Positions 1 to 11,607 are shown, counted from the first letter of the stretch. The stretch is DNA of 64,000 bases from an uncultured Acidobacteriota bacterium (GCA_963840225.1 CAWIYH010000005.1:85750-149749), one strand, 5' to 3'. Program-made: numbers and translations. The notes: a model not told the origin generated them from the letters alone.

Positions 1-14
1 AAAAGACATCGCCT

Positions 15-3000
15 ATGTCCGCACAACTCCTCGTCGGCATCGACGTCGGGTCCACGACGGTGAAGGCGGTGGCCGTGGACGCGGCCACCGATCAGATCGT
101 CTGGTCCGATTACCAGCGGCACGAGACGAAGCAGCCCGAGAAGACACTGGAATTCCTGCAGCGGCTCGAGCGCGACCTGACCATCTCCCACGACACCTGT
201 CGCGCCTTCATCACCGGGTCGGGCGGCAGCGGGCTCGCGCAGCTCATCGGGGCGAAGTTCGTCCAGGAGGTGACGGCCGTTTCGCTGGCGGTCGAGAAGC
301 TGCATCCCGAAGTGCTGTCGGTGATCGAGCTGGGCGGACAGGACGCCAAGATCATCGTCTTCAAGCCGGATCCCGAGACCGGGCGCAAGAAGAAGATTCC
401 GTCGATGAACGACAAGTGCGCGGGCGGAACCGGCGCGGTCATCGACAAGATCAACGCGAAGCTGAAGATCCCGACCGACGAGCTCGGCAACCAGGGCTAC
501 CTCGGCATCAAGCTGCACAAGGTCGCTGGCAAGTGCGGCGTGTTCGCCGAGACCGACATCAATGGGCTGCAGAAGGAAGGCACGCCGCCCGACGAGCTGA
601 TGGCGTCGCTCTTCGACGCCATCGTGCTCCAGAACCTGACGGTGCTGACGCGGGGTCATACGCTGCGCCCCCACGTCCTGCTGCTCGGCGGACCGAACAC
701 GTTCATCCGGGGAATGCGCGAGGCCTGGCAGCACAACATTCCGAAGATGTGGGCCGAGCGCGGCGTGGAAATTCCCGCCGGCGAGTCGCCGGAGACCCTG
801 ATCAAGACGCCGGAGAACGCCCAGTACTTCGCCGCGCTCGGCGCCATCGAGTTCGGGAAGGACGAGGACGATCGCGTCGGCCGCTACTGTGGCACCGCGG
901 GGCTGGAGCGCTACATCACCGTCGGCCGGCTCGAAGAGAAGGCGGCGTCGGGCGGCCGTGGCCTGAGCGCCTCGGTCGAGGAGCTCGAAGCATTCAGGCG
1001 GCAGTACACGCCGCAGCGCTTCGTCGCGGCGCCGTTCCGCGCCGGCGAGACGGTCCGTGCCTTCGTCGGCATCGACGGCGGATCGACGTCGACCAAGGGC
1101 GTCCTGCTGTCGGAAGAGGGTGAGGTGCTGTCGAAGGCCTACCAGCTCTCGAAGGGCAACCCGATCCAGGACACGATCGACATCTTCGACGAGCTGCGGG
1201 ATCAGGTGGAGAGCTCCGGCGCCTCGCTCGAGGTGCTCGGCGTCGGCACGACCGGCTACGCGAAGGACGTTCTCAGGGACGTGCTCGCGGCCGACGCGGC
1301 CCTCGTCGAGACCGTGGCGCACACCGAGTCGGCGGTCAAGTACTACAAGGATCCGCACGTCATCGTGGACGTGGGCGGCCAGGACATCAAGCTGATCGTT
1401 CTGAGCAACGGTCGCGTCAAGGATTTCAAGCTGAACACCCAGTGCTCGGCCGGGAACGGTTACTTCCTGCAGTCGACGGCGGAGATGTTCGGTATCCCGG
1501 TGAAGGAGTTCGCCAACCACGCGTTCACGGCGACGGCGATGCCGATGTTCGGTTACGGCTGCGCGGTGTTCATGCAGTCCGACATCGTCAACTTCCAGCG
1601 GCAGGGATGGGCCCCCGAGGAGATCCTTGCCGGTCTGGCTGCCGTGCTGCCGAAGAACATCTTCCTCTACGTGGCGAGCATCCCGAACCTCGCGAAGCTC
1701 GGGACGAAGTTCGTCCTCCAGGGCGGCACCCAGCACAACCTCGCGGCCGTGAAGGCCGAGGTCGACTTCATCCGCTCGAATTTCCGCGGCTCCGACGTCG
1801 AGCCGCAGATCATCGTCCACGAGCACTGCGGCGAGTCGGGGGCGATCGGCGCGGCCGTCGAGGCGCGGCGCCTCCACGCCAGCGGCCACCGGACCCGCTT
1901 CATCGGGCTCGACGCCGTCCGCCGCATCACGTACCGCACGACGCGCAACGAGTCGACCCGGTGCAACTTCTGCAAGAACAACTGCCTGCGGACGTTCATC
2001 GACATCAAGATGACCGCGGGCGGACATCCCGTCGGCAGCGGCGCGCCCGCCGCCCTCGCCGAGAAGCCTGAGCTCAGGGCGGCGCCCGTGAAGTTCCTGT
2101 CCAAGGTGCCGAAGGCCGACGACGAGCAGCGGCTGATCATCGCGACCTGCGAGAAGGGCGCCGTCGAGGACGTGAATGCGATGCGCGGCATCAAGGCCGG
2201 CCTCGATGCGGTCAAGAAGTCGAACCCGAACTTCGTCGAGATGGCGGCCAGGGAGGTCTGGAACCCCCGCAAGCCCTCACGAGTGGCGGATTCGATCCCC
2301 TCACGCGGCTGGACCCGACCTGCGCGGCGTCGGATCGAACTGATGCAGCGCCGCGACCACCTCCGCATCGGCATGCCGCGCGTGCTGAACATGTACGTGT
2401 ACGCGCCGTTCTTCAGCGCCTACTTCGAGTCGCTCGGCGTGCCGGGCGGCAATCTCGTGTACTCGGACTTCACGAGTCCCGAGCTGTACCGGGAGGGATC
2501 GGGCCGCGGCGCCATCGACCCGTGCTTTCCCGCCAAGATCGGCATCGCGCACGTCCACAACCTGCTGTTCGCCAAACACGCGAAGAAGAAGCTCGACCTC
2601 ATCTTCTTCCCGATGATCGACAAGCTGCAGACGCCGCTCGTCAACCTGCAGGGCTCGAATGCCTGCCCGACGGTCACCGTCACGCCCGAAACGGTGAAGG
2701 CGGCGTTCACGAAGGAGGGCAACGTCTTCGCCGACCAGGGCGTCGAGTACCTCGATCCTCTGCTCGACCTCGGCGACCGAAAGCTCCTCGGCCAGCAGCT
2801 CTTCCAGGCGCTGGAGCCGTGGCTGGGCCTGTCGCCCGAGGAGAACGCCCGCGCCATCGACGTCGCCTTCCGCGAGCTGGCTGCCTGGGAGGCCGACATC
2901 CGTGGACGGGCGCGCGCCGTCATGGACCAGCTCGAGCGCGAGAACCGTCTCGGCATCGTGGTGCTGGCGCGTCCGTATCATCACGATCCCGGCCTCAACC

Positions 3001-3606
3001 ACGAGATCCTCGAGGAGTTCCAGAAGCTGGGCTATCCGGTGTTCTCGCAGACCACGCTGCCCCTCGACGTTGATCTGCTCGAGCGGCTGTTTGGCGACGA
3101 GGTTCGAAGCGGGGCGATCACCAGTCCGCTCGACATCCAGGACGTCTGGAAGAACAGCTATTCGACCAGCACCAATCACAAGGTCTGGGCGGCCAAGTTC
3201 ACCGCGCGGCATCCGAATCTGGTCGCGCTGGAGCTCTCCAGCTTCAAGTGCGGCCACGACGCGCCGATCTACACGACCGTCGAGTCGATCATCGAGCGCT
3301 CGGGCACGCCGTACTTCTCGTTCAAGGACATCGACGAGAACAAGCCGACCGGATCGATCAAGATCCGCGTCGAGACGATTCACTACTTCCTCAAGCGCTA
3401 TATCGAGCACATGAACGAGCCGGCGGGGCACGAGGAGATCGAGCGCCAGATCGCCCAGTACCGAGCAGCGCCTGCGCCAGGAGCTCCTGCGCGAGCAGCA
3501 GCTCGCCGAGCTCGCCGTGGCCCAGCGGCAGCAGGCGAAGACCAGGAGGTTTCTGCCCATGGCCGGCGCTCCCAGCTCCTCCGCCGACCTTCGCGCCGCC
3601 ATCTAG
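15..3606 (+). CDS. CoA-substrate-specific enzyme activase (two BadF/BadG/BcrA/BcrD ATPase domains + DUF2229), PlsA/Ger-like; apparent +1 frameshift near 3461
   Basis: Two ASKHA activase domains (GIDVGSTTVK...ELGGQDAK...KCAGGTG...KCGVFAE; GIDGGSTSTK...DVGGQDIK...QCSAGNG...GCAVF), then a DUF2229-type region (IGMPRVLN, DPCFPAK, CPTV, LARPYH, SFKCGHD). Removing one C at 3461-3462 gives a coiled-coil tail EQRLRQELLREQQ... ending at TAG 3604-3606; the ORF track reads through to 3773. Confidence 0.85.
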
Positions 3607-3614
3607 GGGGCAGC

Positions 3615-4867
3615 ATGCCGTCATTCCCTCTCGAAGTCCGTCTGAGCGGCAGATTCGGCGGCGACCTGCGGCCGGCGCCGCCGCCCATCAGGCCTCCGCT
3701 GGCAGGCAGGACACTCCCCGAGCCGGTCTTTCCGCAACACCCGGAGCTGCTGACCGACGCACCGTGGCCGTGAGACGGCGAGCGCCACTGGCCGCCGTCG
3801 AAGATCTATCACGCGATGCGCGGTGGGCGTTTCCCTTCCTCAAGTCGCGCGTTCTGCCCGGCGACTTCCACCCGATCATCGCGTATCTGTTCACCGAGTA
3901 CAAGTGCAACCTCGACTGCCACTACTGCTACTCCTTCGACAACCGCGTCAAGGGGATGAGCGAGGAGGTGGCGCGCGCCTCGATCGACTGGCTGCATTCG
4001 ACGACGTGCCGCGTGCTCGCGCTGATGGGCGGGGAGGTGGTCCTCCGGCCGAAGTTCGTGCAGAAGGTCGTCTACTATGCGGCGAAGCAGGGCTTCTGGA
4101 TCTACATACCCACCAATGGCCGCCTGCTCAAGCCGTACGTCATCGATCGCCTCGCCGACGCCGGCGTCGCCACCTTCAACCTGGCGGTCGACGTCGTGGA
4201 CGAGAAGCCCGGCCTGCCCAAGGCCCTTACCCCCATCCGCTCGCACTTCGAGCACCTGGTGAAGAAGCAGTACCGCTACGGATACACGGTCTTCTTCAAC
4301 ATCAACATCTGCCGCAACAACCTGGACGACGTGCGGCAGCTCACCGAGATCGCCCACGAGAACAGGATCTCGACCGACTACCACATCAACGAGGAGCCGC
4401 TCGTCGAGCAGCCGCACTTCAAGCACCTGGCCGACAACCCGACGTACTTCCGCCCTGAGGATCACCCGAAGGTGGACGAATTGCTCGACTGGCTCATCGA
4501 GAAGCAGCGTTCCGGGTACGGGATGTTGAACTCGGTGGAGCGGCTGGCCGAGATGAAGCGCTTCCTCAGAGGGGCGCACCACGAGCCGTGGAATTGCCGC
4601 GCGGGGCAGAACACCGTCATCATTCGCGTGGACGGCACTCTCGCGCCCTGCTTCCCGATGTACTCCGCGTCACACGACTGGGGGACGGTCGGGTCCCCGA
4701 AGTTCGACACGGCGCAGCTTCGGGACATGAAGACAGACTGCGAGCCGAACTGCTTCTCGACGCTCAACCACATTGTCGGCTGGTGCTACAACGACGCTCG
4801 CGTGGTCAGATGGCTGTTCAGACAGGCGCAGCACGGTTTCCAGGGGGTTCGGGGCAACTTCGAGTGA
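3615..4867 (+). CDS. Radical SAM protein with C-terminal SPASM/twitch-like Cys motifs; 5' part interrupted (TGA 3771, frameshift ~3823)
   Basis: CNLDCHYC (CxxxCxxC), MGGE, PTNG, CRAGQN...DGTLAPC...CEPNC. ATG 3615 follows the AGGGGG of the upstream stop; the core is intact from ~3824. Confidence 0.8.
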
Positions 4868-5690
4868 ACGCGCCACCGGGGGCCGGCGGGCTCGCCGCCG
4901 CCGCCTGATCGCCAAACCAGTTCCTGATGCGGGCGGCGGCTTCCGTAGTGACCGCGGCCTCGCCGCCCCGGACGGCCGGCAGCAGCCCCTGGCGCGGTGA
5001 CCACAGTGAGCCGGTGTGCGCCATGCGGGGTCGGAGCCAGACGGTCCTCGCATCGGTTGCCGGCACCGACCCGAACCACCGGCAGTCTGAGACGATCACG
5101 TGTGTTGCCGACAGCGGCGGGCGCCGCGCGAACGCCGTCGGCACCGCGTCACTGAGTCCGCCGTCGGTGAGGCGCAGCTCTTCAGCGTCCACGAGCACGG
5201 TCACGGGCGGGAATAGCAGGGGAATCGACGCGCTCGCGCGGACGACGTCCGCCAGCCGCGCGCCGTCGCTGCCGCCTGTGTGGAAGTAGCGCGGCCCGGC
5301 CGAGCGGACATCATGGCAGACGATGCCGAGGCCGCGGACGCCGTGGTGGAGCCGGTCGAAGGTCGCCGCCTCGAGCTGGCGGAGACGATCCGGGATCACG
5401 CCGCACCAGGGCCGCAGCCGGTGCTCGTGGCGATACCCCAGGTGCACGTTCACGCTGTAGCTGAGGAGGTGGCGGCCCCGAAAGCTCGCCGCGTCGCCGA
5501 GCAGTTCGTCGATCTCCAGGCCGACCCCCGCGTAGTAGGCCGCGACGACTGCCCCGGCGCTCACGCCGACGATGATGTCGACGGGGATCCCGAGACGGGC
5601 CAGCTGCCGGAGGACCCCGACGTGCGCGGCGCCGCGCAATCCCCCGGCGCTGAGGACCAGCCCGACGCGAACGCCAGAGTCGTCTTGCAT
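4818..5690 (-). CDS. Patatin-like phospholipase
   Basis: LSAGGLRGAAH oxyanion motif, GVSAG nucleophile elbow, ASASIP, DGG catalytic Asp motif. Confidence 0.9.
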   Translation of the reverse strand: MQDDSGVRVGLVLSAGGLRGAAHVGVLRQLARLGIPVDIIVGVSAGAVVAAYYAGVGLEIDELLGDAASFRGRHLLSYSVNVHLGYRHEHRLRPWCGVIPDRLRQLEAATFDRLHHGVRGLGIVCHDVRSAGPRYFHTGGSDGARLADVVRASASIPLLFPPVTVLVDAEELRLTDGGLSDAVPTAFARRPPLSATHVIVSDCRWFGSVPATDARTVWLRPRMAHTGSLWSPRQGLLPAVRGGEAAVTTEAAARIRNWFGDQAAAASPPAPGGAFTRSCPEPPGNRAAPV

Positions 5691-5842
5691 GATCGCGGTC
5701 TTGCCGCCCGGGCGCCGGGCCGCCGTGAACGGAGAGCGACGTCGATTGCAAGGGCGGGACCCGTTCACCCTAGCTCGTGGACAGGCAGTGGCTTCTGCTC
5801 AGATATGTAAGATGCTGGCAGGGAAGCACATAGGCTAGGTAC

Positions 5843-5892
5843 TTGCGTCGCGAGTGGATCGGCGTTAATATACGACCAATTGAGTCGTATAT
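5843..5892 (+). promoter_or_regulatory. sigma-70 promoter of the suf operon overlapped by an IscR/Rrf2-like operator
   Basis: TTGCGT(5843)-N17-TAATAT(5866); inverted repeat ATATACGAC-N7-GTCGTATAT at 5868-5892. Confidence 0.7.
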
Positions 5893-5934
5893 GGACGGGC
5901 CGGTTCGGCCGGTCCGGACCTCAGAGAGCAGGGG

Positions 5935-6294
5935 ATGATTCAACTGACGTCGAATGCCGCCGCCCAGATCAGGCGCATGCTCGCCAAGCGCGGTCAGGGT
6001 GAGACAGGCCTCCGGATTGGCGTCAAGGCCGGGGGCTGTTCGGGCTTCGAATACATCTTCGCGTGGGAAACGGCCCGGAAGGACACCGACGCGGTGTTCG
6101 AGGGAGAAGAGGGCGCGACGGTCTTCGTGGACCCGCGCAGCCTTCGCGTGCTCGACGGCACGGTGCTCGATTACGACACGAGCCTGCTGAGCAAGGGGTT
6201 CATCCTCAACAACCCGCACGCCAAGAACACGTGCGGATGCGGCGCGTCCTTCAGTATCGAGGGAGGCGGCGAACGCGACGCTTCCCAGGGATAG
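5935..6294 (+). CDS. sufA: A-type Fe-S carrier (IscA/SufA/HesB family)
   Basis: GGCSG and CGCGASF motifs. Confidence 0.92.
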   Translation: MIQLTSNAAAQIRRMLAKRGQGETGLRIGVKAGGCSGFEYIFAWETARKDTDAVFEGEEGATVFVDPRSLRVLDGTVLDYDTSLLSKGFILNNPHAKNTCGCGASFSIEGGGERDASQG

Positions 6295-6297
6295 CAC

Positions 6298-7743
6298 ATG
6301 AGCACATCGACTGCGGTCATCCAGGATCTTGCGAACCGCGACTACAAGTACGGGTTCGTCACCGACGTGGAGCAGGAGGCGGTCCCTCGCGGCCTGAGCG
6401 AGGAGATCGTCCGGCTGATTTCGGCGAAGAAGCACGAGCCGGGCTGGCTGCTCGACTGGCGTCTGAAGGCCTACCGCGCGTGGCTGACGATGACGGAGCC
6501 GACCTGGGGCAACATCAAGTACGGGCCGATCGACTACCAGAACATCATCTACTACGCCGCGCCGAAGCGGAAGCCGGCCGTGCAGAGCCTCGAGGAGATC
6601 GACCCGGAGATTCGGAAGACGTTCGAAAAGCTCGGCATCCCGCTCGACGAGCAGAAGCTTCTGTCGGGCGTCGCGGTCGACGCCGTGTTCGACAGCATCT
6701 CGGTCGCGACGACCTTCAAGGAGAAGCTGGCGTCGCTCGGCATCATCTTCTGCTCGTTCTCCGAAGCGGTCCAGCAGCATCCCGATCTCGTCCGCAGGTA
6801 TCTGGGGAGCGTCGTTCCGTATTCCGACAACTTCTTCGCGACGCTGAATTCGGCGGTGTTCAGCGACGGCTCGTTCGCGTACATCCCGAAGGGCGTACGG
6901 TGCCCGATGGAGCTGTCGACCTACTTCCGGATCAACGCGCGCGACACCGGCCAGTTCGAGCGGACGCTGATCATCGCCGAGGAGGGCGCGTCGGTCAGCT
7001 ATCTCGAGGGCTGCACGGCGCCGATGCGCGACGAGAACCAGCTGCACGCGGCGGTCGTCGAGCTCGTCGCCCTCGACGCGGCCACCATCAAGTACTCCAC
7101 GGTTCAGAACTGGTACCCCGGCGACAAGGACGGTCGCGGCGGCATCTACAATTTCGTTACGAAGCGCGGCAAGTGCCTCGGGGCGGGATCCAAGATCACC
7201 TGGACGCAGGTCGAGACCGGATCGGCCATCACCTGGAAATATCCGGGCTGCATCCTGCAGGGCGACAACTCGGTGGGCGAGTTCTACTCGGTGGCCACCA
7301 CCAACAACTGGCAGCAGGCGGACACGGGCACGAAGATGGTGCACCTGGGCCGCAACACGAAGAGCACCATCGTCTCGAAGGGCATCTCGGCCGGCCACGG
7401 CCAGAACACCTATCGTGGGCTGGTGAAGATTGCCAAAGGGGCCGCCGGCGCGCGCAACTACTCCCAGTGCGACTCGCTGCTTATCGGCGACCTGTGCGGC
7501 GCCCACACGTTCCCGTATCTCGACATCAAGAACTCGACCGCGAGGGTCGAGCACGAGGCCTCGACCTCGAAGATCGGCGAGGACCAGATCTTCTATTGCC
7601 GGCAGCGCGGCCTCTCGACGGAGGACGCCGTGAACCTGATCGTCAGCGGCTTCTGCAGGGAGGTCTTCCGGCAACTGCCGATGGAGTTCGCCGTCGAGGC
7701 GCAGAAGCTCCTGAGCGTCAGCCTGGAGGGCAGCGTTGGCTAA
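6298..7743 (+). CDS. sufB: Fe-S cluster assembly protein SufB
   Basis: YKYGF N-terminus, [33 protein letters not shown]. Confidence 0.97.
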   Translation: MSTSTAVIQDLANRDYKYGFVTDVEQEAVPRGLSEEIVRLISAKKHEPGWLLDWRLKAYRAWLTMTEPTWGNIKYGPIDYQNIIYYAAPKRKPAVQSLEEIDPEIRKTFEKLGIPLDEQKLLSGVAVDAVFDSISVATTFKEKLASLGIIFCSFSEAVQQHPDLVRRYLGSVVPYSDNFFATLNSAVFSDGSFAYIPKGVRCPMELSTYFRINARDTGQFERTLIIAEEGASVSYLEGCTAPMRDENQLHAAVVELVALDAATIKYSTVQNWYPGDKDGRGGIYNFVTKRGKCLGAGSKITWTQVETGSAITWKYPGCILQGDNSVGEFYSVATTNNWQQADTGTKMVHLGRNTKSTIVSKGISAGHGQNTYRGLVKIAKGAAGARNYSQCDSLLIGDLCGAHTFPYLDIKNSTARVEHEASTSKIGEDQIFYCRQRGLSTEDAVNLIVSGFCREVFRQLPMEFAVEAQKLLSVSLEGSVG

Positions 7744-8509
7744 TCCCCTGCTGGTCGTCGAAAACCTGCACGCACGGGCCGCGGGCCGCGAAATCCTCCG
7801 CGGCGTGGACCTGACGATGGACACCGGAGAGGTGCACGCGATCATGGGGCCCAACGGCTCCGGCAAGAGCACGCTCGCACGGGTCCTGTCGGGTCATCCC
7901 GAGTACGGGGTCACGGGCGGGTCGGCGCGCTACAAGGGCCGGGATCTGCTGGCCATGGATCCCGAAACGCGCGCGCGGGAAGGGATGTTCATGGCGTTCC
8001 AGTATCCAGTCGAGATCCCCGGCGTGAACAACGCCTATTTCCTGAAAGCCGCGCTCAACGCCCTTCGCAGGCACCGCGGCGAGGAGGAGCTCGACGCGAT
8101 GGACTTCATGGCGCTCGTGCGCGAGCGTATGAAGTGGCTCGACATGGACGAGACATTGTTGAACCGCGCCGTCAACGAGGGCTTCTCCGGCGGCGAGAAG
8201 AAGCGGAACGAGATCTTCCAGATGGCGGTCCTCGAACCGACGCTGGCCGTGCTCGACGAGACCGACTCCGGCCTCGACATCGACGCGCTGAAGATCGTCG
8301 CCGAGGGCGTCAACGCGATGCGGAGCGCCGAACGGGCGATTCTCCTCGTCACCCACTACCAGCGGTTGTTGAACTACATCGTGCCCGACGTGGTCCACGT
8401 GCTGACCGACGGCCGCATCGTGCGGTCGGGCGGCAAGGACCTGGCACTCGAGCTCGAGGAAAAGGGCTACGCGTGGACGCAGCCGGAGCCTGCAGGCCGG
8501 GCCGTCTAG
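7736..8509 (+). CDS. sufC: Fe-S cluster assembly ATPase SufC
   Basis: [39 protein letters not shown]. Confidence 0.97.
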   Translation: MANPLLVVENLHARAAGREILRGVDLTMDTGEVHAIMGPNGSGKSTLARVLSGHPEYGVTGGSARYKGRDLLAMDPETRAREGMFMAFQYPVEIPGVNNAYFLKAALNALRRHRGEEELDAMDFMALVRERMKWLDMDETLLNRAVNEGFSGGEKKRNEIFQMAVLEPTLAVLDETDSGLDIDALKIVAEGVNAMRSAERAILLVTHYQRLLNYIVPDVVHVLTDGRIVRSGGKDLALELEEKGYAWTQPEPAGRAV

Positions 8510-8555
8510 CAGCGGTCGGGCCCCGAACGGCCCGCGCGATCGATTGTCGAGTGAC

Positions 8556-9920
8556 ATGCCCACACTGACCAATTCCTACGTCGCCGAAGCGGAGCGGGCC
8601 GGACTCCAGCGTCCCAACGAGGCCGAATGGCTGACGAGAGTCCGCCAGGCGGCGCTCGCCCGGTTCGACGCGCTCGGCTTCCCGACGACCCGTGACGAGG
8701 AGTGGCGGTTCACGAGCGTCGCTCCGATCGCCGAAGGACGGTTCGTGATCGCGCGGGACGGGGCGGATACGGAGCCGATCGACCGCGCGCCCTTCGAGTG
8801 GGACGGTCCACGGGCGGCGACGCTGGTGTTCGTCGACGGGGGCTACGCTCCGGCCGCAAGCGACGAAGGCACGCTGCCCGAGGGCGTGTACGTGGGCAGC
8901 CTGGCGCGCGCGCTGGTCGATCGCCGGCCATCCGTCGAGGCGCAGCTGGCGCGTCTGGCGAACGCCGACCGGCACGCGTTCACGGCGCTCAACACGGCGT
9001 TTCTCGCCGACGGCGCGTGCGTGTTCGTGCCCGAGGCGACCGCCATCGACGCGCCGATCCACCTGCTGTTCCTCTCGCGCGGGGGCGCGGCTCTTCCCAT
9101 GGCCCATCCTCGCGTGCTCGCGGTGATGGGCGCGAGAAGCCAGGCCACCATCGTCGAGACCTACGGTGCCTCGCGCGACGGGCAGTACTTCACGAACGCT
9201 GTGACCGAGCTGGTGGCCGGGCAGGAGTCCACTCTGAACCACTACAAGGTGCAGCGTGAACACCCGGCGGCCTTCCACATCGGCGCGATGTATGTGCGCG
9301 TCGCCCGGAACGCGGCGGTCGCCTGCCATTCCGTCGTGCTGGGTGGCGGGCTCGTCCGCAACGAGGTCGACGTGGTGCTTGACGGCGAGGGCGCGACGTG
9401 CACCCTGAACGGTCTCTACCTGACCGACGGGACGCGCCTGGTAGACAACCACACGACCATCGACCACGCCCGTGCGCACTGCGCGAGCCGGGAGCTCTAC
9501 AAGGGCGTCCTCGCGGACCGCAGCCGCGCCGTGTTCAATGGCAAGATCGTGGTCAGGCCGGACGCGCAGAAGACCGACGCCAAGCAGACCAACAAGGCGC
9601 TGCTGCTCTCCGGCGACGCGCAAATTCATGCCAAGCCGCAGCTCGAGATCTTCGCCAACGACGTGAAGTGCACGCACGGGGCGGCTGTCGGCCAGATTGA
9701 CGAGGAGGCGGTCTTCTACCTGCGCGCCCGCGGCATCGGCGAGCGCGAGGCGCGCCATCTGCTCGTTCGGGCCTTCGCCAGCGACGTGCTCAATCAAATG
9801 CCGCTCGCGGAGCTGCGGGCGCGCATCGACCGCGATCTGCTCGATCGCCTGCCCGGGGCGCCGGCGCCCTCGACGGCACCCGGTCGCGCCGGCAGTCGGG
9901 CAGAAGGGAGGCGGTCATGA
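8556..9920 (+). CDS. sufD: Fe-S cluster assembly protein SufD
   Basis: EEWRFT, KPQLEIFANDVKCTHGA, FYLRARGI. Confidence 0.95.
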   Translation: MPTLTNSYVAEAERAGLQRPNEAEWLTRVRQAALARFDALGFPTTRDEEWRFTSVAPIAEGRFVIARDGADTEPIDRAPFEWDGPRAATLVFVDGGYAPAASDEGTLPEGVYVGSLARALVDRRPSVEAQLARLANADRHAFTALNTAFLADGACVFVPEATAIDAPIHLLFLSRGGAALPMAHPRVLAVMGARSQATIVETYGASRDGQYFTNAVTELVAGQESTLNHYKVQREHPAAFHIGAMYVRVARNAAVACHSVVLGGGLVRNEVDVVLDGEGATCTLNGLYLTDGTRLVDNHTTIDHARAHCASRELYKGVLADRSRAVFNGKIVVRPDAQKTDAKQTNKALLLSGDAQIHAKPQLEIFANDVKCTHGAAVGQIDEEAVFYLRARGIGEREARHLLVRAFASDVLNQMPLAELRARIDRDLLDRLPGAPAPSTAPGRAGSRAEGRRS

Positions 9921-11164
9921 CGCTGGCAGCCACGACACCCGGGGCCGCCTTCGACGTCCGGGCGGTCCGAGCGGAGTTCCCGCTGCTCGGGCAGCTGACG
10001 CGCGGCCGGCCGCTGGTCTATCTGGACAATGCGGCGACGACGCAGAAGCCGCGAACCGTGATCGATCGGCTGGTGCGGTTCTACGAGCAGGAGAACGCGA
10101 ACGTCCACCGGGGCGTCTACCTGCTGAGCGAGCGGGCCACCGACGCGTACGAGGACGCCCGCCGCCGGGTGAGCCAGTTCCTGCACGCGGCCGACCCACG
10201 GGAAATCGTGTTCGTACGCGGAACGACCGAGGCGATCAACCTCGTCGCGGCGTCCTACGGCCGCGCGCACGTCGGGGCCGGCGACGAGATCGTCCTCACC
10301 GCCATGGAGCATCACTCGAACATCGTCCCCTGGCAGATGCTCTGCGAGGAACAGGGCGCGCGCCTCCGCGTCGTGCCGATGACCGATGCGGGCGAGTTGC
10401 AGATGGACGAGTTCGTGAAGCTGTTGTCCGAGCGCACGAAGCTCGTCTCCGTCGTCCATGTGTCCAACGCGCTCGGGACGGTGAACCCGGTCGCCGAGAT
10501 CGTCCGGATCGCCCACGACCTGGGCATACCCGTGCTGCTCGACGGCGCACAGGCCGTGGCGCACGTGGCGGTGGACGTTCAGGCCCTCGGCTGCGACTTC
10601 TACGCCTTCTCCGGCCACAAGGTGTTCGGCCCGACGGGAATCGGCGTGCTCTACGCCCGGGCGCCGCACTTCGAGGCGATGCCGCCCTGGCAGGGCGGCG
10701 GCGACATGATCCGGTCGGTCACCTTCGAGCGCACCATCTACAACGACGTGCCGCAGCGGTTCGAGGCCGGGACCCCGAACGTCGCCGGCGCGGTAGGACT
10801 GGCCGCGGCGATCGACTACCTCGATCGACTCGGCGTCGATCGCGTCCGGGCGTACGAGCACGGGCTGCTCGCGTACGGCACCGACGCGCTGTCGCAGATT
10901 CCGGGGCTGCGCCTCACGGGCACGGCCCGTGACAAGGCGGGCATCCTGGCGTTCGTCATCGACGGGATGCATCCGCACGATATCGGCACGATTCTCGATC
11001 GCGAAGGGATCGCCATCCGGAGCGGACACCACTGTTGCCAGCCGCTCATGGACCGCCTCGGGGTGCCCGCCACCTCGCGCGCCTCCCTCGCGCTCTACAA
11101 CACGCGCGAGGAAGTCGATCTATTCGCGTCGGCGCTCGACAAGGCGCGCAGGATGCTCGCATGA
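9917..11164 (+). CDS. sufS: Cysteine desulfurase SufS
   Basis: YLDNAATTQKP, FSGHK (PLP Lys), RSGHHC. Confidence 0.97.
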   Translation: MTLAATTPGAAFDVRAVRAEFPLLGQLTRGRPLVYLDNAATTQKPRTVIDRLVRFYEQENANVHRGVYLLSERATDAYEDARRRVSQFLHAADPREIVFVRGTTEAINLVAASYGRAHVGAGDEIVLTAMEHHSNIVPWQMLCEEQGARLRVVPMTDAGELQMDEFVKLLSERTKLVSVVHVSNALGTVNPVAEIVRIAHDLGIPVLLDGAQAVAHVAVDVQALGCDFYAFSGHKVFGPTGIGVLYARAPHFEAMPPWQGGGDMIRSVTFERTIYNDVPQRFEAGTPNVAGAVGLAAAIDYLDRLGVDRVRAYEHGLLAYGTDALSQIPGLRLTGTARDKAGILAFVIDGMHPHDIGTILDREGIAIRSGHHCCQPLMDRLGVPATSRASLALYNTREEVDLFASALDKARRMLA

Positions 11165-11607
11165 ACCGCGACCTGCAGGACCTCTATCAGGAGGTGATCC
11201 TCGATCACAACAAGCGTCCGCGGAACTTCCGCGCCATCGACCCGGCGCGGAAGGCCGAGGGCTTCAATCCGTTGTGTGGCGATCGGCTGACCGTGTTCCT
11301 GCGAGTCGAGGACGGGCGCATCCAGGACGCCAGCTTCCAGGGGTCGGGGTGCGCGATCTCGAAGGCGTCCGCGTCGTTGATGACCGAGAGCGTGAAGGGC
11401 AAGACCCTCGAGGAGGCAGGCGAGCTCTTCGACCGCTTCCATCGCATGATCACGCGCGGGCCCGACGAGGCGATCGAGGATCTCGGCAAGCTGTCGGTGC
11501 TGGCCGGTGTCCGCCAGTTTCCGGTCCGCGTGAAGTGCGCGAGCCTGGCGTGGCACACGCTTCAATCGGCGCTCCAGGCACGCGCCGAGACCGTGTCAAC
11601 CGAATGA
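11161..11607 (+). CDS. sufU: SufU (NifU-like) sulfur acceptor
   Basis: LYQEVILDH, NPLCGD, GCAISKASAS, RVKCA; ATGA overlap with sufS. Confidence 0.95.
   Translation: MNRDLQDLYQEVILDHNKRPRNFRAIDPARKAEGFNPLCGDRLTVFLRVEDGRIQDASFQGSGCAISKASASLMTESVKGKTLEEAGELFDRFHRMITRGPDEAIEDLGKLSVLAGVRQFPVRVKCASLAWHTLQSALQARAETVSTE

Noticed and set aside
3771-3773. In-frame TGA as selenocysteine or programmed readthrough
   Set aside because: It lies in a Pro-rich N-terminal extension rather than a Cys motif, no convincing SECIS is visible, and nearby indels point to error or decay
3248-3773. ORF-track extensions of the activase C-terminus and radical SAM N-terminus
   Set aside because: Low-complexity Arg/Ala/Pro text explained by frameshifts
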